DNA of 17,781 nt from Planctomycetota bacterium (GTDB taxonomy: Bacteria > Planctomycetota > UBA1135 > UBA2386). Location: assembly GCA_947501605.1 (NCBI GenBank), contig CANMWZ010000053.1, positions 1 to 17,781 of the forward strand. Reading direction: 5' to 3'. Positions 10,372-17,781 of the stretch are shown here, piece by piece. Both the position numbers and the translations under genes were made by a program. The notes beneath the pieces were generated by a model, which saw nothing but the letters and a program-made list of their open reading frames with translations, did not search any database and was not told where the DNA came from. Position 1 is the stretch's first letter. The number at the start of each line of letters is the position of its first letter.

Positions 10372-10509
10372 TCACCACTCCTGGCGACTGACGATCACGC
10401 GGCGGTCGTCGACGACCACGAGCACCTTGCCGGGGCGGCCGTCCTGGCGCAGGTGGAGCGCGTAGTATTGGCCGCCCTTGCTGACGAGCTCGTCGTACAC
10501 GCGCACGCG
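10372..10509 (-). pseudogene. 3' remnant of a homolog of the lipoprotein gene at 14124-14522
   Basis: 10372-10495 aligns without gaps to 14124-14247 (105/124 nt by hand count). Encodes DELVSKGGQYYALHLRQDGRPGKVLVVVDDRRVIVSRQEW* (34/40 aa identical). No start codon. Confidence 0.93.
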
Positions 10510-10590
10510 AGTTCCCAGCTCGTGCCGTCGAACGTGGCGTTCTTGGTGTGGCGCTATCGCTGCGACCGGCCGAAGGGGATCGCGAGCTGA
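10498..10590 (+). pseudogene. 3' remnant of the kinase gene with an internal 138-bp deletion
   Basis: 10498-10526 matches 7604-7632 (27/29) and 10520-10578 matches 7764-7822 (58/59). The two pieces join at a shared tcgtgcc. Ends ...RPKGIAS*. Confidence 0.95.
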
Positions 10591-10616
10591 GCGCTGCGGC
10601 CGCGGCTCAGCTCGCG
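10581..10616. terminator. 12-bp inverted repeat containing the stop codons of both convergent frames
   Basis: cgcgagctgagc (10581-10592) pairs with gctcagctcgcg (10605-10616). Confidence 0.6.
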
Positions 10617-11218
10617 GCGTTGCGATCCGCCAGTTGCTTCTCGAGTTCGGCGATGCGCGCCTGCAGCGGCGCGATCGCGGCCTCGACTTCGTCGATGGCG
10701 AATCGAGGCGTGATGAACTTCGGGCAGTTCCAGTCGAACGCGTGCACGGTGATGCGGGCGATGCGTTCGGGGGTGGCGGCGTGGCCGCCTTCGGGTGCGG
10801 ATGCAGCGACGAGGTCGGGATGCTCGCGGGCGTCGAGAAACTCGGTGTTGCCCAAGATCTTCAGTCGCGTCTGCGCGGCGTAGTCCATCAGGAACAGGCA
10901 CGTGCGCGGGTCCTTCTCGGTGCTGCCGACGCTGATGAGTTGGCGATTGCCGCCATAGTCGGCGAAGACCAGCTCGCGCGCGGACGTTGCGCGCAAGAAC
11001 CCGCGCGGTCCGCCGCGATGTTGGACGTAGGGCCACCCGTTCTCCGCGACCGACGCGAGGTAGAAGGAGTCGCGCGCGTGCACGAATTCGATCTCGCTCG
11101 GCGTGAGCTCGTCGGGCTGCGCGGTGGTGCCGAAGGCCGGATAGCTGCGCCCGTAGTACTGACGCTGGGCTTTGCGCACGTTGTCGGTGAGCATCGTTCG
11201 CAAGAACTCGCGGGCCAT
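10607..11218 (-). CDS. Pyridoxamine 5'-phosphate oxidase-family FMN-binding split-barrel protein (203 aa)
   Basis: FYLASVAENGWPYVQHRGGPRGFL, ADYGGNRQLIS and FDWNCPKFITPRF motifs, plus a coiled-coil tail. ATG 11218 is preceded by GGAGACAGGA. Confidence 0.93.
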   Translation of the reverse strand: MAREFLRTMLTDNVRKAQRQYYGRSYPAFGTTAQPDELTPSEIEFVHARDSFYLASVAENGWPYVQHRGGPRGFLRATSARELVFADYGGNRQLISVGSTEKDPRTCLFLMDYAAQTRLKILGNTEFLDAREHPDLVAASAPEGGHAATPERIARITVHAFDWNCPKFITPRFAIDEVEAAIAPLQARIAELEKQLADRNAAS

Positions 11219-11288
11219 GGTCCTGTCTCCGTTGTTCGCGGTGTCGTGCTGCGTGCGCCATGCGCGCACGCAGCGAACTCGTGATGGC

Positions 11289-11660
11289 TCAGAAGACCAG
11301 CGTTTGCCAGCCTTCGGCAAGGTAGCGCCGCAGACTCGCGAGGCCCGACGTGCCGGGCAGCGCGAAGTCCTTGAGCTTTGGCACCGAGCAGGACTCGACG
11401 CCGGCCGTTGCGCCAAACGTGTCGGCGCAGCCGCACGACGCGCCCCGCACGCTGCCGCGCACGGCCTCGTAGAGCCCGCGCAGCGGGTGGCCGAGCTTGG
11501 TGGCCTCGGCCGGCCAGCGCGTGCCGGGTCCGACGAACACGATGTCGACCTGATCGCCGTGCTGCTGGGCTTCCGCCGCGAGTGCGAGGCCCTGGAAGGC
11601 GCGCCCCAGGCCGTCGTCGCCGGACTTGGGATCGGACGTGATTGCGATTGCGAGTTTCAT
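11289..11660 (-). CDS. DsrE/DsrF-like family protein (123 aa)
   Basis: DQVDIVFVGPGT strand and ASCGCA Cys motif; typical size; SD GAGG. Confidence 0.85.
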   Translation of the reverse strand: MKLAIAITSDPKSGDDGLGRAFQGLALAAEAQQHGDQVDIVFVGPGTRWPAEATKLGHPLRGLYEAVRGSVRGASCGCADTFGATAGVESCSVPKLKDFALPGTSGLASLRRYLAEGWQTLVF

Positions 11661-11683
11661 GGTCGTGTTCCTCGAGGCGCGGA

Positions 11684-12265
11684 TCAGTGAGTGTGGCAGG
11701 TGCCGGTATCGCAGGAGGCCGCGGCGGTGCTGGCCTTGGCCACCGGCGGGAAGTCCACGACGGTCTGCGCGACGTGGTTCGTGTAGTTGGTGAGGATGTT
11801 GAGGGCGACGTTGACGGTCGTCTCGACGATCTCGGCGTCGGTGACGCCAGCGCTCCGCGCGGTCTGCAGCTCGGTTGCGGAGATCTCGCCGCGGTTCACG
11901 ACGATGCTGCGCGCGAGCTTGAGGATCGCATTCGTCTTGGCGTTCGCAGCCGTGGCAAGGCGTGCACTCTGGATGTCGTCCTTCGACAGGCCGACCATGC
12001 CGCCGATGGCGGTGTGGGCGCTGAGGCAGTAGTCGCAGAGGTTCGCCTCGGCGACGGTCAGGGCCAGTTGCTCGCGGACCTTGGCGTCGAGCACGCCGGC
12101 GGCGAGGGCGCCGCTGAGGGCTAGGTAGCCATCGAGGGCTGCGGGCGAGTTCGCCAGCGTGCGCATCAGGTTCGGGACGAGCCCGAGCTTCTTCTGCACG
12201 GCGTCGAGCAGGGTCTTCTGCTTACCGGTTGCGGTGGCGGGATCGATCGCGGGGATTCGGCTCAT
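11684..12265 (-). CDS. AhpD/carboxymuconolactone decarboxylase-family peroxidase-related protein (193 aa)
   Basis: GLVPNL..LANSP and EQLALTVAEANLCDYCLSAH (E-x11-CxxC-x3-H). Start set at ATG 12265 (MSRIPAIDP). Confidence 0.93.
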   Translation of the reverse strand: MSRIPAIDPATATGKQKTLLDAVQKKLGLVPNLMRTLANSPAALDGYLALSGALAAGVLDAKVREQLALTVAEANLCDYCLSAHTAIGGMVGLSKDDIQSARLATAANAKTNAILKLARSIVVNRGEISATELQTARSAGVTDAEIVETTVNVALNILTNYTNHVAQTVVDFPPVAKASTAAASCDTGTCHTH

Positions 12266-12275
12266 GGTCGGGTCT

Positions 12276-12302
12276 CGGTTGGTCCGGTTGGTTCGGTTGG
12301 TT
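12276..12302. repeat. 9-bp tandem repeat x3 in the leader of the AhpD-like gene
   Basis: cggttggtc cggttggtt cggttggtt. Confidence 0.85.
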
Positions 12303-12330
12303 GCCGCGTGGTTGCGACGGGTCACGTAAG

Positions 12331-12345
12331 TCAATCCGTGTGCCA
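12331..12345 (-). promoter_or_regulatory. Candidate sigma54 (-24/-12) promoter for the AhpD-DsrE-PNPOx operon
   Basis: Minus strand reads TGGCAC-ACGGA-TTGA. The -24 box and spacing are canonical; -12 has GA instead of GC. It lies next to a divergent bEBP gene. Confidence 0.72.
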
Positions 12346-12423
12346 CTGCCGTGACTTCCCCCGAAAGACTTGGAAGTCGTGGATGGCAAGTAGCTTAGAG
12401 ACAGCAAGTGGATCGTAGGGGCG

Positions 12424-12479
12424 CTACGAAAACTCGGAGACCACGAGCCTTCGTAGTGAAGGGCTACGAACCACCGTAG
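12424..12479. promoter_or_regulatory. Three 16-bp imperfect palindromes (CTACG-N6-CGTAG), candidate enhancer sites
   Basis: ctacgaaaactcggag (12424-12439), ccacgagccttcgtag (12441-12456), ctacgaaccaccgtag (12464-12479); about 80-135 bp upstream of the -24 box. Confidence 0.7.
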
Positions 12480-12490
12480 TCTGGGCCGCT

Positions 12491-14104
<1,614 letters not shown>

Positions 14105-14123
14105 GGAGCGAGCTACGGAGTGC

Positions 14124-14522
14124 TCACCACTCCTGGCGACTGACAATCACTCGCAGGCCGTCGACGACGACGAGGATCTTGCCGGGGCGGCCGTCGGCAC
14201 GAAGGTGGAGCGCGTAGTAGCGGCCACCCTTCGCGACGAGCTCGTCGACGAACTCGTCGAGCGCGCGCACGCGGTCCTGCTGCAGCGACGAACCGCGCAG
14301 CAGGTAGTGGTCGTAAGGGACCCGTTGCCCGGTCGACGCGGTGTCGGCGTCTGGGCGCCGTTCCGGCAAGGAGCCCGTGTCCTCGCACAAGGCTGCCAGC
14401 ACGAGTTCGCGCGCGGCGCCCGTGAGCGGCGGCGGCGGATCGGTAGCGACGGGACCGCCGACGGAAGGGGAGGGCGCGGCACAGGCGCACAGGACGATGG
14501 AGAGGAGCAGGTGCGTTCGCAT
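14124..14522 (-). CDS. Hypothetical lipoprotein (132 aa)
   Basis: MRTHLLLSIVLCAC lipobox-like signal. Follows the anti-sigma gene by 21 nt. Its diverged copy at 10372 conserves the same frame and stop. Confidence 0.8.
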   Translation of the reverse strand: MRTHLLLSIVLCACAAPSPSVGGPVATDPPPPLTGAARELVLAALCEDTGSLPERRPDADTASTGQRVPYDHYLLRGSSLQQDRVRALDEFVDELVAKGGRYYALHLRADGRPGKILVVVDGLRVIVSRQEW

Positions 14523-14543
14523 GATCGACCTCGGGGTGCGGGA

Positions 14544-15881
14544 CTACGGGATCACGATGGAGCCGGTCGTGACCTTGCCCTGCCAGTACTGGCTGCCGTC
14601 GCCGGTCCACGCCGTCAGTTGCGAGGCGAACTCGACGGCGAGGCGGTCGCCGGGCAGTGCGAACTTCGCATTGGGTGCCGGCTCCACCCAATCGGGGTTC
14701 GCCACGGTCCAGTAGTCCGTGGCGGCGAGGATCGTGCGCGTGGTGTTCGGCGTGTGCGCACGCATCAGGTCGGTCGAGTCGGTGATCACGCCGAGCCGTT
14801 CGCTCTGCGCGAGCGGGATCTCCTGATCGCCGCGCCGGCACGAGAGTGCGAAGTGCAGTGGCTGCGGGATCGGCGTGATGGTGGTGCCCGAGACGTTGTA
14901 CTCGCGCGCCTTCTCACCGGTGTAGCGCAGTTGCAGCGCAAACGGCGCGCTGCCCTTGCAGCCCGTCGCGAGTACGAATCTCGCGCGCATGCCGTCGACT
15001 TCTTCGCCGAAGGAGGAGCGCAGGCCCGTGAGGTCGACGTGCGTCGTGAGGACGAGTGGCTCGGCGAACGCGAGCCACGCACCTGGCTCCGGCGGCGGCA
15101 CCGCGTGCACGTGGAGCTCGATGCTCCACGCGCCGGGTTGATCGGGAAACCAGCGCGCCGGCTCGTGCTTGCTGGCGTGGCGATAGGTCCACAGGAAGTC
15201 GGGCTCGAAGCCGCCATCGATCGGGCGACCGAACACGTACGGTGCCGGGACACCGTTCTCGAGGCCGAGGTCGTGCGAACGGATCGTCTGCATCGAGTTC
15301 GTCGTCGCCGCCACGAACGGCGAACCGCGATAGTCGAGGGTGGCGGGGATGGTCTCGCCGTCGGGGGACCGGAGCACCGCGCGAATCGACACTGGGACGA
15401 CGCCGTCGCGTTCGGCGGCGGGCAGCGCGGCGAAGGCGGCGGTTTGTGACGCGAGGTCGGCACCCGGCGGCAGCGGCAACACCTGCACCGCCTTGGCTTC
15501 GCCGAGAGGCGACCACTGCAACTCGAACGCGAGCTCGGTCAGCACCGGGTGCGTGGCGCCGCCTTGCGGCTTCACGGCGAGGGCGAGCAGTTCGTTTTGC
15601 GCCGTGGCCGCGTCGGTCGTGCGTGACAGCGCGAACACGGCGATCACGACCAGCAACGCGGCGGCGGCGAGCAGCGGCGAACGCCACGCCGCGTGGGCCG
15701 TGCGCGACCTCGCGGGTGCATCGAGGGCGAGGAGCAAGGCCTCGTCGGCGGCTCGCAACACGGCGAGGCGCCGGGCGAGGTCCGCGTCGGCGCCAACGCG
15801 CGCGCGCAGGCTGTGTTCGCGAGCAGGATCGAGCTCGCCGTGCACCAGCGCAACGAGATCGCGGTCGAGGTCATCGGTCAT
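14544..15881 (-). CDS. Putative single-TM anti-sigma factor with a large extracytoplasmic domain (445 aa)
   Basis: N-terminal LVALVHGELD (ASD-like, lacking HxxxCxxC), TM LLAAAALLVVIAVFAL, ATGA overlap with the sigma gene. Confidence 0.85.
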   Translation of the reverse strand: MTDDLDRDLVALVHGELDPAREHSLRARVGADADLARRLAVLRAADEALLLALDAPARSRTAHAAWRSPLLAAAALLVVIAVFALSRTTDAATAQNELLALAVKPQGGATHPVLTELAFELQWSPLGEAKAVQVLPLPPGADLASQTAAFAALPAAERDGVVPVSIRAVLRSPDGETIPATLDYRGSPFVAATTNSMQTIRSHDLGLENGVPAPYVFGRPIDGGFEPDFLWTYRHASKHEPARWFPDQPGAWSIELHVHAVPPPEPGAWLAFAEPLVLTTHVDLTGLRSSFGEEVDGMRARFVLATGCKGSAPFALQLRYTGEKAREYNVSGTTITPIPQPLHFALSCRRGDQEIPLAQSERLGVITDSTDLMRAHTPNTTRTILAATDYWTVANPDWVEPAPNAKFALPGDRLAVEFASQLTAWTGDGSQYWQGKVTTGSIVIP

Positions 15882-16438
15882 GGCAGGAGTTCCTCGCGAT
15901 CGGGAAGACGTTCGGCGAGCGCGATCAACGCGGCGCTCATGCGCGACTTGACGGTGCCGAGCGGCAGTTCGAGGGTGCTGGCGATCTCGTCGTAGGCGAG
16001 ACCTTCGCCGCGCAGCAGCAGCACTTCGCGGAGCGCCGGCGACAGGCGCTGCAAGGCGTCGAGCACGCGGCCACGACGTTCCTTGGCGGCGAGCAGCTCG
16101 AACGGGCTCGCGGCGTAGGCTGCGAGTGCGGCAGGGGACAGGCGGGTCTCGGCCTCGGCGTCGGGCGTTTCGCGACCGGCGCGCCGATCGCGGCGGGCGC
16201 GGAAGGCGCAGAGGACGCGCAGCGACAGGCGATGGAACCAGGTCGAGAGTTGCGACTCGCCGCGGAACGACGGCAGCGACCGGCAGGCGGCGGCGAAGAC
16301 TTCTTGCACGCCATCGTCGGCATCCTGCCCGAGGAGCCGCGACGCCAGTGCCCGCAAGCGTCCGCCGCGCTCCTGCAGCAGGTGCTCGCAGCGCGCCGCG
16401 GTTTCGGCGTTCGCTACCGGGTGCGCAGAGTTCGGCAT
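15878..16438 (-). CDS. ECF RNA polymerase sigma factor (186 aa)
   Basis: DADDGVQEVF, FRGESQLSTW and GLAYDEIASTLELPLGTVKSR motifs. Confidence 0.95.
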   Translation of the reverse strand: MPNSAHPVANAETAARCEHLLQERGGRLRALASRLLGQDADDGVQEVFAAACRSLPSFRGESQLSTWFHRLSLRVLCAFRARRDRRAGRETPDAEAETRLSPAALAAYAASPFELLAAKERRGRVLDALQRLSPALREVLLLRGEGLAYDEIASTLELPLGTVKSRMSAALIALAERLPDREELLP

Positions 16439-16514
16439 CGACTCCCTTGGTGTTGCGTCGAGCGCGATGAGTTCGGTCGATCTCGGAAATCCGTGCTCGC
16501 AGCCGATGTCGGGG

Positions 16515-17306
16515 TCACTTCATCGTGGCGCGCAGTTCAGCAAGCAGCGCATCGGCGGCATCGACGCGAATCAGACCGAGCCTCGGGTACTCGAGGTCGA
16601 GGGTCACGTAGGTCGTTGCCGCGATGGCCGCCGCGAGCAGATGGAAGTGGACCCAGCTCGGGTGTTTGGCCGGGCCACTGGCAAAGCCAGCAAGGAACGA
16701 GCAGACGAGCGCCAGCGCATGCAGAAGTAGGTAGATGATCATCGGCGGATGGCTGCCGAGGGTCGCGCGCCGCGCCATGGCGATGTCGAACACTTCGGTC
16801 AGCGGCGGCAGGATCGAATTGGCGTAGCTGCGCGAACGATCGGTGCGGAGTTCGGCGGTGACGACCTCCCACAACTCGTCGCCGATCGCACCGAGGCGGA
16901 CATAGGCGCGATGGAAGGCTTCGGGGTCGGAGACCTTGCCGAACACTTCGATGTGCTGGTCGAGGTAGGTCCCGAGTCGCTTGTGCGCATCGTCGCGGAC
17001 GGGCTCGGGCAGCAGGTCGAACGCGCTGTATGCGGTGGAGACGGCCTTCGCCTCGTCAAGGATCATCGCGCGGCGATCTTGGAAGCGCTGCGTCGCGCCG
17101 GCGAAGGTGAACGCCAGCAAAAGCCCGAACATGCCGTAGAGCGGCCCTTCGACCGCGCCGAGCCCTGATCCGTGACCATCGGGATCGCGCTGGGCGCGCC
17201 CCATGCCGAGGCGGCGACCGTAGACCTGCAGACCGATCATCGAGCAGTACATCGCCAACGCCAGAGCGATGCCGACGGCCGCGGAGTACGAGGATAGAAA
17301 GTCCAT
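16515..17306 (-). CDS. DUF4239/bestrophin-like membrane protein (263 aa)
   Basis: About 4 TM segments, with GLLLAFTF...RFQDRR...EA and LDLEYPRLGLIRVD motifs. Start set at ATG 17306. Confidence 0.82.
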   Translation of the reverse strand: MDFLSSYSAAVGIALALAMYCSMIGLQVYGRRLGMGRAQRDPDGHGSGLGAVEGPLYGMFGLLLAFTFAGATQRFQDRRAMILDEAKAVSTAYSAFDLLPEPVRDDAHKRLGTYLDQHIEVFGKVSDPEAFHRAYVRLGAIGDELWEVVTAELRTDRSRSYANSILPPLTEVFDIAMARRATLGSHPPMIIYLLLHALALVCSFLAGFASGPAKHPSWVHFHLLAAAIAATTYVTLDLEYPRLGLIRVDAADALLAELRATMK

Positions 17307-17388
17307 GCGGGTTTGGAGACTACCGCGGCGGTGCTGCGGTCTCACTTCGCGGTTGCATCGGCGACCGCTCGGGCGAGCGCCCGGTGCG

Positions 17389-17421
17389 AGGCGGAGCCAG
17401 AGCCGGGGCTCAGCTCCGCCT
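17389..17421 (-). terminator. Hairpin spanning the nucleotidyltransferase stop codon
   Basis: aggcggagc (17389-17397) pairs with gctccgcct (17413-17421); no U-tract. Confidence 0.45.
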
Positions 17422-17781
17422 GCGATCGAACGCTTCGGTGACTTCGACCAGCAAGCTGTCGGCGAGCTCGGGGTCGCACACCGCGGGCAATGAGCAACGG
17501 GCAGCCATCGCCTCGACCTCTTCGATCTCCGCCTCGGCCCGAGCGGCGAGTTCGTCATAGCCGTGAACCCCGGCTCGGATGGAAAGCAACTCCAGGCGCT
17601 CCTCGCCGTCGAACCGAACCTGCGGCTGCCCGCGCTGCACGATCGACCGCGCCGACTTCAGCAGGCGGAAGGTATGCATCATGTTTTTGGCGTCATAGTC
17701 GACCTCACCACGTTCCTGTGTCTGCCAGCGCGCTTCATTGCGTTCCTTGCGCCATTGCCAATAGCTCCTGTGATCGCGCGC
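17410..17781 (-). CDS. C-terminal part of a DNA polymerase beta-superfamily nucleotidyltransferase (PF10127-like); 5' end outside the window
   Basis: Frame is open to the window edge: ARDHRSYWQWRKERNEARW...YDAKNMMHTFRLL...LLSIRAG...SLP, a C-terminal pattern I recognise for this family. Confidence 0.8.
   Translation of the reverse strand, partial: ARDHRSYWQWRKERNEARWQTQERGEVDYDAKNMMHTFRLLKSARSIVQRGQPQVRFDGEERLELLSIRAGVHGYDELAARAEAEIEEVEAMAARCSLPAVCDPELADSLLVEVTEAFDRRRS

Noticed and set aside
10258..10590. 110-aa ORF as a new chimeric gene
   Set aside because: It is mostly antisense to the DUF6288 start and the lipoprotein remnant and merely runs into the kinase remnant frame; no translation signal is evident.

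Overview
GC-rich bacterial DNA. The gene content suggests an uncultured Planctomycetota lineage (inference only). Left to right: the last codons of an upstream gene; a 5.5-kb block with two large secreted proteins (818 aa beta-rich, 738 aa RCC1-repeat) bracketed by an exact 30-bp direct repeat; an ECF sigma factor with a membrane Ser/Thr kinase; a DUF6288-type/HEAT protein; a probable sigma54 redox module (Cys-rich GAF enhancer-binding protein divergent from AhpD-like, DsrE-like and PNPOx-like genes); an ECF/anti-sigma/lipoprotein operon; a DUF4239-like membrane protein; and the 3' end of a nucleotidyltransferase. The most striking unannotated structure is three separate duplicated gene 3' ends flanking cargo blocks, with no integrase or transposase in view. 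Two of the remnants are fused at about 10500 through a 10-bp microhomology, which suggests additive stacking of alternative cargos at a hotspot. All family assignments come from motif recognition, not database searches.
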